DNA of 63,833 nt, counting the filler, from Saprolegnia diclina VS20 (lineage: Eukaryota), in NCBI RefSeq assembly GCF_000281045.1. It is 3 parts of one record of this genome, joined end to end, with 100 filler letters (N's around TTAATTAATTAA, not from the genome) between each part and the next. Parts side by side here need not be neighbours in the genome. Positions count along the whole stretch, not along the records: positions 1 to 21,499 come from NW_008246102.1; 2 more parts are not named here. One strand, given 5' to 3'. Below, piece by piece: positions 1 to 12,600 of the stretch. Within the stretch, counting starts at the first letter, position 1. Each line of letters begins with the position of its first letter. Made by a program: the position numbers and the translations under genes. The notes beneath the pieces are model-generated. The model had not been told where the DNA came from and ran no database searches. It saw only the letters and a list, made by a program, of their open reading frames with translations.

Positions 1-124
1 TGGTCGTCACAGTGGGAACCGGTGTACTCGTCGGGGTATCCACATCGCACCCATGGTGCTCCGTGGAGAAACCCGCAACGACGATGGCGGCGCATATGGC
101 GAGGCGCAAGAGCGAATACTTCAT
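1..124 (-). CDS. 5' end of a putative secreted protein (runs off the window)
   Basis: Minus-strand ATG at 124 reads MKYSLLRLAICAAIVVAGFSTEHPWVRCGYPDEYTGSHCDD, a signal-peptide-like N-terminus, just downstream of an INR/FPR motif. Confidence 0.6.
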   Translation of the reverse strand, partial: MKYSLLRLAICAAIVVAGFSTEHHGCDVDTPTSTPVPTVTT

Positions 125-140
125 GATGCCCAAGTGTGGC

Positions 141-154
141 AAATGCAAAAGTGA
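141..154 (-). promoter_or_regulatory. Oomycete INR/FPR core promoter element
   Basis: Minus strand reads TCACTTTTGCATTT, matching the oomycete TCAYTYYNCAWTTT consensus, 16 nt upstream of the ATG at 124. Confidence 0.65.
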
Positions 155-1653
155 AGCCTATCTCCCCGAGCTTCGTGCAAGCGTTGCGGTCATCGACGTT
201 GCGTTCGGTTGCACGCCGTGCAGATGGTGGGATGCTCCACACTAAGCTCTGGCAATACTTGAACGCAAAGGGGCTTCGAATAACCGCATTTTGACTCTCA
301 ACCTTTGCAGCGCCAAGCACCAAAGGACGCCATCCCCACCACAGAGCGTATCCGCGCGCAAAGAGCCATTTACTGCTGCAATACTATAGCAGCTGTACTG
401 CATGCTTGAGCGCCACGACAACCCAGCGCAAAGCTTTGCAACAACACCTAACCCTCGCCAAACACAGCCAATGAACGTGTTGCTGAGGCGTAGTTGCTCC
501 TGGGACAGCGTGCGCAAAACTTGGTGTATGTATCGACGTCGTGGGAAAAGAGAATGAGGAAGTCTCGCCCGTCAGTTGTCCCTGAAGGTGGACCCTGCTG
601 AGCATCGCACCCACAAACCCAAGCAACAATGTCGCAGAAACGGACTATGCGAGCGAGCGTAAGAAGAACCACCTTGATGGTCCCGATCGCAATAGAAAAA
701 CGCAGAAGGGACAACACCGACGGGGCTCGAACGCGCGCCTCCTGCAGACTGTAGATATACCCCATGACCGCGGCGGTGCGACTGCCTCTCAAGATACGTG
801 GTCATTTTGTTGGCCGCCAAAATCTAAGCCGTACAAGCGGCGGCAAAGATGATTTCCAAACGGTCGCCCACCATCCGCGCCACATTGGTCTCCTGCTTGA
901 TGAGCTCGTCCACGATATCGCAGTCTTGTTACGGATACGGCCTGCATATCCGGAAGATTGCAACCCTTGCCACGACCAATCAGCGACAACTGCTTGGAAA
1001 GGCAACCACCAAAACTCAAGCCGGCAGCCACCGATGGCCACGCGACTATTCTCCTATTCCTCGACGACAGCTACGCCTACCTCCTCGACAAGGCGTTAGC
1101 GACTGCGCTCTCGTCGATCCCACCGACCCGTACGCAGCTCGACGTCTGGCGCGAGCAGTGCGATTGCGGTATCACAATGATCACCATGAGGTCATGTTGG
1201 TCATGGCGGCTCGGTCCGCTGTCACAGCGAGTGGTCAAGCAGGCGTCCACACATGCACCAAGCCGACCTTCGGAATCCATCGCCCGACGTCGCCGTCGTT
1301 GGAACCGGCGTTGTCGGCGGAATGCATTGGCGTCGTCTTCACCTGTATAGCCCACAAGCATTAACCGAGCGCCAGTGTCATCGCCTTGGGCGTATCTCTC
1401 AAGAGGAGTCGTGTTCTTCCTGCACGGTTGGCACTCATTCATAGCAACCTCAACCACGCAGACCTTGACCTTTCGAGCTGACTGGGTTCATGACCAGAAC
1501 CGACGATTCCAGAACGCCTGCAGACCAGTAGCGCTATCACGTCAGCTCACGACACCTCCTCCACCTTCGATGGCCGACGTCGTCCGAGCATCAGCAGTGT
1601 AGGAATATGCAAAAGATCATGTATTAGGCTCGGCTAGCCATCACCATTACGAC

Positions 1654-3003
1654 CTACTCGTCATCGTCGCTCTCTTCCTCTTCGGCGTTCTCGAGCCAGT
1701 CGATGAACGGCGTCAGGGCCTTCTTGAGCGCAGCCGCATGGGCGTCCGTGACTTCATAGTGCGCGTAGTTGCGGCGCGTCTCGTCGACCGACCACGACAG
1801 AATCGTGTCTTCGGCCAGAATTTCGTCGTCGTACAAGAGCTTGAGAAGCACCGGGAACGCGTTGAGGAGCGACGGGACCTTGACCGCGCAAAAGTGCTCG
1901 GTGAGCGCAATGAGCTGGAACTGGAGGCGCTCCGAGTCGACGAGCTTCTCGAGCACACGCGCGTACTTGGCAATCTCGTTGGCCGCGAGGATCTGCGCCG
2001 TGAAGGCGGCGCCAAAGAAGATGGCCAAGCGGTCGCCCACCAGCAGCGCCGCATTCGTCTGCTGCTTGATGACCTCGTCCAAGATGGCCGCGTCCGTGCG
2101 CGCCGACGAGAGGAACGCCGTGAGCGACTCGACCGCCGACTCGATCGCACCATCGTCATCGACGTTGAGGTTTTCGAGGGCCGCCGCGGCCTGGTCGGCC
2201 GCCGCCTGCTCGGCCGCGTTGGCCGCCATGGCCGCATGCGCCGCAGCTTCAATGGCCTCGGCTTCGCGCGCGCGGGCCGCGACAGCTTCGGCCGAGAGGT
2301 CCGTGTGCCACTCGATCTCATCGTCCGAGTCGACGTCGGCCTTGATGGCGGTGTCGTCGTCCGAGTCGGACTCGGCCTTCTTCGACTTCTTCTCCTTCTT
2401 CTCCTTCTTCTCCTTCTTTTCCTTCTTCTCCTTGCCGTCCTTGTCCTTCTTCTTCTTCTCCTTCTTGGGCTCGTCGTCGGCGTCGGCGTCGGCAGTCTTG
2501 GCCTTCTTCTCCTTCTTCTCCTTCTTGCTGTCGCCCGACTTGGCCGCGCGCTTGGCCGCCGTGTGCTCCTTGATGAGGTACGTCGTGAGCTTGTGGTTCA
2601 TGTCGACGGGCTCGACCGCGCCGCAGGCCAAGCACTTGTGGAAGATCGCATCCTTGCCCTTGAACTTGTACTTGGTCTCGGGCAGGCGGCAGTTGGGGCA
2701 GAGCACAAAGAGCTCAATGAACTTGGAGAGCTGGGCTTGCATGGCCGACTGATCAAACGCACCGTTGACAACCGCGCGTTCGGTCTTGTCGTCGTACTTG
2801 GACTGCGCGCCGAGCTCGGTGCCAAAGAACTTGGTGACCTCGCCGGGCGTGCGGTGGAGGGCCATGGCCAGCTCGACCGCGTTGACGACGACGGTCTTGA
2901 TGCCATTGCCGCGGCCTTCAATCTTGGCGACGAGGCGTGGCATCTTGTAGCGGTACTCGGGGTCGTCGACGGGCGTCGTACCGGCAATGTTGATGTTCGA
3001 CAT
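1654..3003 (-). CDS. EIF5: Eukaryotic translation initiation factor 5
   Basis: Intronless 449-aa ORF with YRYKMP..KIEGRGNGIKT motif, C4 zinc finger (CPNC...CLAC), Lys/Glu-rich linker and C-terminal W2 domain ending FIDWLENAEEEESDDDE. Confidence 0.97.
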   Translation of the reverse strand: MSNINIAGTTPVDDPEYRYKMPRLVAKIEGRGNGIKTVVVNAVELAMALHRTPGEVTKFFGTELGAQSKYDDKTERAVVNGAFDQSAMQAQLSKFIELFVLCPNCRLPETKYKFKGKDAIFHKCLACGAVEPVDMNHKLTTYLIKEHTAAKRAAKSGDSKKEKKEKKAKTADADADDEPKKEKKKKDKDGKEKKEKKEKKEKKEKKSKKAESDSDDDTAIKADVDSDDEIEWHTDLSAEAVAARAREAEAIEAAAHAAMAANAAEQAAADQAAAALENLNVDDDGAIESAVESLTAFLSSARTDAAILDEVIKQQTNAALLVGDRLAIFFGAAFTAQILAANEIAKYARVLEKLVDSERLQFQLIALTEHFCAVKVPSLLNAFPVLLKLLYDDEILAEDTILSWSVDETRRNYAHYEVTDAHAAALKKALTPFIDWLENAEEEESDDDE

Positions 3004-4536
3004 GGTGAGAATGTGTTAGAAGACGTGTATAACGGGCTTGTTCTTGTCCTTGGGGTAGCAGAAGCAGTGGTTATAACACAAAAGCATGCACTTGCTGTCG
3101 GAAGGAGCGCGTGGAGGGAGCGGGAAGCGGGTCCGTCGAGAGCCGTGCAAATTTGCTAATGCCACCAGTCACCTCGGGGCCGCGACGTATACTGAAACCA
3201 AGTGTAAAAAAACCTGTTACCTTTTATGAAACCATCGGCGACGAGCTAAACACACGCAACTTTAAACGACCACCGACAAGCGATGCACCAAGCGATGCAC
3301 CAAGCCGCCACCAATGATGCAGCGAAGACAAGCGCATATAGTCAAGGCAATCTAGCGACGTGCTAGCATCATGTGCGATACGTGTGGCCGAGACAGTGTG
3401 GGCGCTGCAATGATGGCCGAGGACGTTGCTGTTGAAGTGCTCTTGAATGGCGAGAGAGACGGGGCGATGGAGTCAACACGATATACTGTGATATGCATAG
3501 ACTATCATAACGCTAGAGATCCCAAGAGGCTGACGAGGTTTGGTGCACGACTGTGCATTAGGTTGGCCGTTGGAGGCCAAGATAGGCGCTCCAGCAACCA
3601 TCGTAGGTTGATGCGAAGCGGTAACTACACTGCTATACACAACGAATAGAGCCTTGTGTGTTGCGGACAGTTGAGTACAAGGTGGCTGGGGTAGTAGACG
3701 CTCGATTGCGCACACGGTAAGGGGTCGACGACCGCTCGTTGGGAGACTTCAACGCATATGAAGTTGCGTGGTTTTAGTTGCAGGTGACGCCCAGGCAAAA
3801 ACGTATTCCGAGAGGTTGAGAATGTTGGTGGTTGTGGAATACAAACCTCAAGTCTATACGAGCGACGCTCTTGGGCATACAAAAACCAAGCTTATTTGTT
3901 GGGTGGCCACCAGCGCTGCCCGCGTCGCAACAGCAAGATTCAAAAAGATCCTGGCGGAACCAGGCGGCTTCTTCGCTCCACAGCAGGCGCCTGTACGACG
4001 TTCTAGCTCTAGCTACATGTATGTACTACGCACGAGTTACGGGAGCTAGCTGCTTGGGCCTCTGTTTTTAACTTCGAAACCGGACGACGAGCCGCTAATT
4101 GAAGCGTCCGATGCTGCACCTGCGACCGTAGCCACCAGCCTTGGCCATGCAACGGCTACGCATGTCGCCTTTAGCCTACAGCCTTGATGTCTCTGCTGTA
4201 GCGTGTGCACTGAGGAGGCTAAAACCATGCTCCGCGCTGTGATAAACCATCGGGAGGGAAATAAAACGCAGCGTTTTACTCCAAAGGATTAACGCCTCCA
4301 AGCAACTCGTGTCGGCAACAACCCATCGACATCCGCGTGCATGTGCAGGACACAGTTGGATGGCGCCTTCCCTTGAAGTGAAGATGGCGCCGTTCCGCCG
4401 CGAAGAATCACCCGCCAAGGAACTCCTCCGATCTCGGGCTTCAAATAACGCGTTTTGCCGTTTGGTTTTATGGGTTAAACCGATTTGCCGAGTTCGACCG
4501 GCTTCGGAGCTTCGGCAAAACAGGATCGATCCCACG

Positions 4537-5604
4537 ATGGACGTTCGGGCTGGCGTCGCCGTCGGCGGCCTCCTCGTCGCGCTTTTCTGGCAGCGCCAGC
4601 GGCTCTGCGCCGCCGCCGTCCACTCGCATGTCTATGTGAAGCTCCGCGCGCGGGCCATGGCGTGGCTTGTCGCGATCTCGGGGTCGTCGCCGACGCTGAC
4701 GCGACTGGCACCCGTCGAGCAGCTCTCGCCCAACGTGCTTCGCGTGCTTGGCCTCAACCCCGGGCGCATGACGCTTCAGGGCACGAATACGTACGTCGTC
4801 GGGACTGGCCCCGCGCGCATCCTTATCGACACGGGCGACGGGTCGGCGGCGTACCTCGAGCTCCTCCTCACGGCCTTGGCCGCGCATGGCGTCAAGACGG
4901 TCTCGGACATTGTGCTAACGCACGCCCACTTTGACCATATCGGCGGTCTCTGGCAGCTCCAGGCGCGCTTCCCGGAAGCTAGAGTCTGGAAGATGCTCAC
5001 GTACACACCGTCATCCTGCGAGTGCTCGTCACATGTGTCCAACGCGTATGCCATCGACGGCCTCCAGATCCACGACCTCGCGACGCTGCTTGCCGACAAC
5101 TCGGCGCTAACGACGGACGGCGCGACGCTGCGACCGCTGTACACGCCGGGCCACACCAACGACCACGTGTGCTTTGTCCTCGACGATGATGCGATCTTCA
5201 CCGGTGACTGCGTCTTGGGCGAAGGTACGTGTACCTTCCAGTCGCTCTCGGAGTACATGACCTCGCTCCGCGCCTTGCGTGCGTGCAACCCCACGCGGCT
5301 GTACCCTGGCCATGGCCCTGTCGTCGAAAAGGCCATCGATACCATCGACATGTACTTGAGCCACCGCCAGAAGCGCGAAGTTGAGATCCTCGCCGTGCTC
5401 ACATCACAGGGGCCCGTCGACGTGGCGACGATTGTGGCAGCCATGTACCCGTCCCTACCGTACTTTTTGTCGCTGGCGGCCGCCCGCAATGTCCGCATGC
5501 ACCTACGCAAGCTGCTCGACGACGGTCAGGTCGTTCAAATGCCATCGACGTCGTGGTGGTCCCGAGCGCCACTGTATGCGATCGCGACTGTCCCGTCCAA
5601 GTGA
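4537..5604 (+). CDS. LACTB2: Metallo-beta-lactamase-fold protein, LACTB2-like
   Basis: GLNPGRMTLQGTNTY, THAHFDHIGG (HxHxDH), PGHTNDH, GDCVLG and YPGHG motifs plus a C-terminal winged-helix-like segment; ATG 4537 is followed by a hydrophobic stretch. Confidence 0.85.
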   Translation: MDVRAGVAVGGLLVALFWQRQRLCAAAVHSHVYVKLRARAMAWLVAISGSSPTLTRLAPVEQLSPNVLRVLGLNPGRMTLQGTNTYVVGTGPARILIDTGDGSAAYLELLLTALAAHGVKTVSDIVLTHAHFDHIGGLWQLQARFPEARVWKMLTYTPSSCECSSHVSNAYAIDGLQIHDLATLLADNSALTTDGATLRPLYTPGHTNDHVCFVLDDDAIFTGDCVLGEGTCTFQSLSEYMTSLRALRACNPTRLYPGHGPVVEKAIDTIDMYLSHRQKREVEILAVLTSQGPVDVATIVAAMYPSLPYFLSLAAARNVRMHLRKLLDDGQVVQMPSTSWWSRAPLYAIATVPSK

Positions 5605-5851
5605 GACGATGTTGTCCTGTGCTGTCGTGTGTGTCATCAAGTCGAATATAGCTCTAGACGTTTTGTGTATTGGTATCAAAACTTTGTGGAAGCGGCGCAG
5701 GCTGCACGAGGTCGTAGGTTGTGCTAGATGCACGTCGATCTCCTGGTCGATCCAGCAACCTCATCTTGATGACGTTGCATATGGCACCTGCGCCTGTGCA
5801 GAGCCCTGCGATGCCATGCTAGTAGCGTGCACGATGAACGCTATACACATC

Positions 5852-6211
5852 TCAAACGACCTTGATGGTCTTCTTATGGAAGGCTTCCTTGTCTTTGGGC
5901 GCGATTGTAAACTTGAGCCGCTTGCTCATGGCATGCAGCGTCTTCTTCTCACTCGACTGGAGGTCGTAGAAGACGTCGGTGCCAATCGCATCTTCGTACA
6001 CGCCGTAGAGCGTAAAGTCGCCAATGCGCAAAATCGGCGTCTCGGACTCGAGGCCTTCGATCTCGAGCGTCTCGTGCTTGTCGAGGATCGGGAACTCGGC
6101 AAAGTCTACTAGCTCCACAGAAACGTACGTGGTCATGGCCTCGTCGCCAGCAGCCGTCGCGTCCGTCGGCGCGGTCGCCTCCATCTCGTCCGCGCTGCGC
6201 TTGCTGCCCAT
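5852..6211 (-). CDS. TFIIIC triple-barrel domain subunit (GTF3C6-like)
   Basis: 119 aa; YVSVEL...LEIEGLESETPILRIG...YGVYEDAIGTDVFYD matches the TFIIIC_sub6 pattern as recalled; divergent from the gene at 6631. Confidence 0.7.
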   Translation of the reverse strand: MGSKRSADEMEATAPTDATAAGDEAMTTYVSVELVDFAEFPILDKHETLEIEGLESETPILRIGDFTLYGVYEDAIGTDVFYDLQSSEKKTLHAMSKRLKFTIAPKDKEAFHKKTIKVV

Positions 6212-6630
6212 GTCTCGTTTGGCCACGAACACAACGCTAGGAAACGAAGCCGAATTTTAGCCAATGGCCTTCGATCACGACGGTGATTCGTGGATGCTAG
6301 CCAATGAAAACGGCGGAATATCAAATCCTGTTGCAGCGGCGCTGGACCCGCCTGTCTCGGCCGCCGAAGACGATCGCGTTTGCTTGGAGAGCCTGGACGC
6401 GACACTGGCGACGCTTCCTACTGCGCATATGCGTGTCGACGTCCGCGATCCAGTCGTCGTTGGACGCGCCACCTGCGCACGGAGGCTCCGTGCGAGCTTT
6501 GCCTCTACAAGTCGATATGCGAAAGCAAACCCGCAGAATTGGATATGCTTATCACTGTGCGATGGGCGTGGCAAGATTGCCCTTTTGCTGCAGTGACGAA
6601 GTTGTCAGGTCGTCGCACGGGCCAGTGAGC

Positions 6631-9600
6631 ATGGACCTTCTCGACGCTGTCGTCCGTGGCGACGTGGCGACCGTCGCTGCCCTTCTGCAGAGCGGCGCCG
6701 ATGCCAACAGCCGCAACAACGTACGCTCTTGACCTCACGGCTACCGTTGACCCCAGTGCTAGATTGGATCGCCGGCGCTCTGCGTCGCAGCGATCGAAGG
6801 ACACGTCGCCGTGGCCGAGCTGCTACTTGCCGCAGGCGCCGCCGTCGACGACGAGCTCCACATGGTATACGACACATGGCTTGATGGCGTCGGCGAGACG
6901 ACGTGGTGTAGAACCACGAGACAGCGCTGACGATCGCGGCGCGCGGAGGTCCCGTCGCGCTTGTCCACCTGCTCTTGGGTCATGGCGCTGATGTCAACCA
7001 TGGCAACGGGGTATGCGCTGCTGGATGGTCGCTAGCCTGAACGAGCGAAACACGCTAGATGGGCACGGCGCTGCATGCCGCGATCAGCGTGGGCGACGTC
7101 GCCATTGTCGACGAGCTCCTCGCCGCCGGCGCCAACGTCCACGCCGTCGACACCGACGTACCGCGTTTGGCTGTATCTCGCACGGCTTAGAAGGTCCCTT
7201 ATGTAGCGCCATCGGTCGCCCCTCTTGGTCGCAGCAGACAAGGGGATTGTAGCGATGGCCGCTCGGCTGCTCGACAATGGCGCGATGCTCTCGGACGTCG
7301 ACAAGGTAGGCTGGCTGCGTAGAGCGACGTCGATGTCGCTGCGCCTAGGACGGGTTTGGAGCCGTCTATTTCGCAGCGCAGGAAGGCCACGTCGACATGA
7401 TTCGCTTCCTTGTCGTCCGCGGCGCCGACCCGAACGTCCTGTCGCACGTACGTTGCCACATTGCCTATTGAAAAATTGAAAAATTGATACAGTATTTTGC
7501 AGGCGGGCTACACACCGTTGTACACGGCGAGCGGCTGTGGGCGCGTCGATGCCGTCGCGACGTTACTCGACGTCGGCGCCGACGTCAACTTGCCACAGGC
7601 AGTGCGATCCTGCGATAGGATAATAGGATAGGATATATCCCGTTTGGCGTAGAACCACTGCTTGATTGCAGCGGCGGCGTACGGCGACCTCCGCACTGTC
7701 TCGTTGCTCCTCGACGCAGGGGCACATGTAAACGCAGCCGACGCAAAGGTTCGCATTCATAGAGCAAGACTACGTCGTCATGATTCAGTAGGGCGTCACC
7801 GCCCTCATCGCAGCGGCCATCACCGGCCACGCCGATGTCGCGCGGCAGCTGGCATATGCCCGCGCCAAGCTCGACGTGTCAACCTGTGTACTATGTTGTA
7901 GTTGGAAGGCGACGAGCCGAACGTTGCGTAGGATGAGCAGACGCCCGTGATGCTGGCTCGAGCGCACGGGCATGCCAATGTCCTGTCTGCCCTACAGGAT
8001 GTACGCACCAAAGTACGTCTTCACTGTGGCGGAGCTAGGGAGTAGTCGCATGGGTTGCGCTAGAAAATGAAGCTATTGCATGCGGCCCGGCACGGCGACG
8101 TCGGCACCGTTCGTGCGCTCTTTGCCGAAGGCCTGAGTGCCAACGAGACGGACGAGGTAGGAGTCAAGTCGATCCCGTTGATCGAGCTTATATATCTGAG
8201 CTAGCATGGCAATACGCTACTGCATTTGGCAACGCTCGGCCGGCACGAAGCGCTTGTCGCGGCGCTTCTACAAGACCCAACTGTCGAGCTGGACCAGATC
8301 AACAAGGTCCTCTGTCTACGATGCCAAGCTCTAAAATCGAATGATGTTCTTTGTAGTTTGGGGAGTCGCCTCGAGCTATTGCTGCCAAGCTCGGGTTGTC
8401 CTCGCTGCTTTTGCAGCTACATGCAGCGCAAGTCGGCAAGATGTCCCCGATGGCTCACGAAGTAAAACCCTCGACACTGTAATGTACTTGGATGCCAAAA
8501 ATGAGGCAGGTGGCGGCTCGCTCGACGGTGCACCTCCAAGAGCTCGGCCGTGGTGGCTACGGCATCGTCTTCAAGGACACGCTATTGGGCCAAGACGTCG
8601 CTCTCAAGATGCTTGTGAACAGCAGCAGCAAGGCCAAGAACCTCCGCTACGAGATCGAAATTCTCAAAAAGTAGGACGACGACGGGGATTTGAACTCACA
8701 GTTCGCGTGCATAGCAACCCGTCGCCGTACCTTGTGCGGCTACTTGCGACGGCGGATGCCGCCTCGGATGCGACGCAGCTCTTCTTTGAGTACATGGACG
8801 GCGGCAACCTCACGTCGTACCTCGAGATGCTGGCCAACGACGAACCTGTGCCCGTGGTATACACGCCCATTGAGATTCTCTGGGTCGTTGCCAACGCTCT
8901 TCACGACCTCCATGCGAAGAACGTCGTCCATCGGGATATCAAGACCGACAACATCCTCCTCTCATCCAAACACTACATCAAGGTGGGCGACGTCGGTATC
9001 GCCAAAAAAGAGTCGAAGTACATGACGACGGGGGCTGGCACCAACAAGTGGCGCGCGCCCGAAGTGCTAACGTCCGGAAGTCGCTACGGCACACCCGCCG
9101 ACATTTACTCGTTTGGGATTCTCCTCCAGACGCTGTACCCTAACCCTACCGATCCAAGCACCGAGTGGGCCCAAGCTCTCGCAGCGGACTGCACGGCGGT
9201 GGATCCAACGCGGCGTCCAACGGCGGCCAAGCTCATCAGCATTTTGCTGCCCAAGCTCCAGTCGTATGTTCGTTTCTTTATTGCGCACCTTGTGATGGAT
9301 GATGCAGACAGCCCGATCTCGTGGCGTCGCTCCCAGCCTTTGAGAAGGATCGGGCGGTAGGCTCGCCGTGTACCTCAACGATTCCCGACCAGAAAGCTAG
9401 GCGGGTCCTCGACTCCTCGAGACACTGGTTCCGCAAATGCAATCAAGCCCGGTGCAGATGAACGAGCCGGTGTTTGCCCCCATCGTAGCCTCCTTGTCCT
9501 TGAAGCGTCACCCAACGTAGTGGTGACTTGTAGCGACTGGGGCGGTCGGGCGCACCACTCAGCGTAAGTTTGCACGTCGGCTTTGCCACGAAAATAAGAT

Positions 9601-12600
9601 CTTGTGTGTCTAGCCAGAAGAAGAGCTGCACTCCGCTGTGCAAGCCGGCGACTTTGGTGCAGCCCGCTCATTGCTCGAGCGAGGCGTGCACCCCGATTGC
9701 GCCGGCGTGGTACGTCACCTTCATGTTGATGCGACAAGAATCTCGTGGCGGGATAGACGCGGGAAACGCCGCTTATGCTCGCGGTGCGCTTTGGTCACGT
9801 GTACCTCGTGGAGCTGCTCCTCCAGTACGGAGCGAACGTCAACGTCGCTTCCATCGTACGTCATCGACGACGCTCGAGGCAGTGTATCATCGAGGCGTAG
9901 GTGCGGATGACGGCGCTGCACGAAGCTGCGCGACAGAGCTCCCCGAATATGCTTCGCAGGCTCTTGCGCGTCCCAACCATAGCTGTTGACCCGCTCAGTC
10001 GCGTGCGTGTTTCTACACTGGTGCGTGCCATCACTCAGTGCGTAGGCGAGCGAGACGCCGCTGCACATGGCGGTTGCCGCCGGGCAATCGATGCATGCGA
10101 TGCTTCTTTGGGACGCAGGCGCCGACTTGGAAGCCGCTGACACGGTTCGCATCCGTGTCAATGTCGGTGACAAAATTGCATATTTTGTGTAGGATGGCAA
10201 CCGACCGTTGCACTACGCCGCCATCATCGGCGATGAAGCCACGGTCGCTGTGCTGTTGCGACTGGGTGCGCAGACGGCGGCGCGCAACGGCGTACGAGGC
10301 TCATCTCGGGTTCCAGCTGAAGGACCACCAACACGACGCCACGTAGGGAGGTGAGATGCCATTGCACAGTGCGATTTTGCGCCAACATGGCCGTGTCGCG
10401 ACGCGTCTTGTCGAGGCCGGCGTCGATACCACCGCTCTCTACGTACCTCTTGCGACAGCATGTACTAGGGTCGACTCATGCCCTTGGCAATGAGTAGAAA
10501 GGACAGAGTCCGCTGCACCTTGCGTGCGAGTACGGCGTCGCCGACGTCGTTCCGGCCTTGCTAGTGCACGGCGTGAACGTCAACGCCAAACATGTATGCT
10601 TCATCGACGCAGTCAAGACGCAAAGTATGTGGACATTGCCGTCTAGGATGGCGTGTCACCGCTGTACATGGCCATCGTTGACGGCCACACGAGCGTGGTT
10701 GCCGCACTCATCGCCGCGCAAGGCATTGATCTTCACGAGCGAGACGAGGTACGACCTCGCCATTCGCTGCATTGCTTGCATACCTGTAGAATGGCGCGAC
10801 GCTCGTGCACGTTGCGGCCCGGAAGGGCTACGTCGACATGGTGGCGACGTTGCTGCAGGCTGGTGTCGACTACGATCTACCCGAGACGGTGCTGCTTCCA
10901 TCAACAACCCAATGTCCTGACCGCCTTGTAGACGGGACTACGAGCCCTCGATGTGTTTGCGTGGAAGGACAATGACGCGATGGTGGAGGTCTTCCGCTCC
11001 GCTTACCAACATGTACGCCGTACGCCATGGTATGCCCGTGGCGACTGGCATGCTAGCGACGGGCATTGCTGCAGGCCGTGCACCAAGCCGACGTAGCGCG
11101 TCTGTCCGACCTTTTGCAAGCGCGGTACAGCTGCAACGTCGTCGACGCGGTAGTAGAGAGTGCGTTGTCCTAGCTGATGATGGCGTGAATAGGTTGGGTG
11201 CTCTCTGGTGCATTTGGCGGTCGCCGCACGCAACGAAGTGGTCCTTGACGCGCTCCTCGCGAGGCCGGACGTCCGCTGCGGTACCCGCAACCACGTACGC
11301 TCATAGCTCTTTGGGTGCTGGCCATGGAAGCCAGTTCGGTAGATGCACCAGACGCCGCTGGCGATCGCGATCGAGTGGGGCGACGCGTCCATGGCGACCA
11401 AGCTCTTTGATCGCACGGCCCGCGCGGTGGTCGAGGTACGCGTTCGCATGCGGTGAGTCGACCATGGTGTTTGCAGATAGCAGCGTCCGAGTATGACGTG
11501 ACCACGGCCGAGCTTGGTGTTGGCGGCTACGGCACTGTCCTCCTTGGCTCTTACTTGGGCGAGAAGGTAGCTGTCAAGAAGTTTAGACACACGTACCACC
11601 GCACGTCGTTTGCAGCTGAAGTCGATGCTCTCCTCAAGTACAACTGGATGGCCGTCGATCAAGCATTGATGCAAATGATAACGTAGGTGTCGGTCCCCGT
11701 ACCTTGTACAGCTCGTTGCGATCGCTGGCCAAGGCTCCGAGACGCCAGCGCTGCTCTTTGAGTACATGGACGGTGGCAACCTGCGCACGCACCTCGAGCA
11801 AAAGCGCTGGCACCAGCGGACGGTGGTGCATGTGACCAACCTCCGCGTGGCCTGGGTCGTTGCGAATGCCTTGCGCGATCTGCACGCAGCAAAGTTGGTG
11901 CACCGCGATGTCAAGAGCGAGAATGTCCTTCTCAGTACGAGCGGCGGGATCCGGCTTGGCGACCTCGGCCTGACGCGGCTCGAAGCCACCGACATGACCG
12001 AAGCGCCTGGTACTCGGTACTGGATGGCGCCCGAGATTCTACAAGCAGAAGGGGCCGTCTACGGTTGTCCCGCTGATATCTACGCGTTCGGCGTGCTCCT
12101 CACGGAGCTAGCCACATGTCAACTGCCGTACTTTGACCACGACGTCCAAGACCCGATCGCATTTGCGCGCGGTGTCATCAACGGCACCCTTCGCCCGACG
12201 CTGACGACCGAATGCGAGCCGTGGTTGCAACGGCTAGTGACGCGGTGCCTGCGTGGTGACCCCACCGCGCGGCCGACAGCCGACCAAATTGTGGCGATCT
12301 TGCAGGATGAAATGACTGCAACAGCCGCCGGCATGAGCGTATGCTCTTCTCTCGCAACACCAACTCATACTGTGAGGCGTTAGGTGGCTGAGACGTACAT
12401 GCGTGCGGTGGCCAAGGACGACGCCAACCTCGTGGCGCAGATGCTGAGCTCCAGCCTCTCGCTACGCACGCTTCTTCCGGTAACGACACCTCTGTCACAC
12501 GAAGAGTAAACATAGTCCTTGGCCATCTCATCTCTACTAATTAGGGTGCTTTGTCGCTGCTGCATGCCGCAGCGGCCGCAGGAGCCACCGACACGGTGCA

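Noticed and set aside
850..1600. Possible decayed ankyrin-like gene (DGHATILLFLDD)
   Set aside because: Too fragmentary to support a call.
2386..2530. CTT/CTC-rich repeats
   Set aside because: Encode the KEKK linker of eIF5.
1738..3159. 473-aa and 327-aa plus-strand ORFs
   Set aside because: Antisense shadows of GC3-rich eIF5; the same applies to most short overlapping ORFs in the track.
6631..8460. ~145-bp periodic conserved/variable alternation resembling a CRISPR-like array
   Set aside because: It is ankyrin exon plus intron periodicity with GT-AG ends; there are no identical nucleotide repeats.
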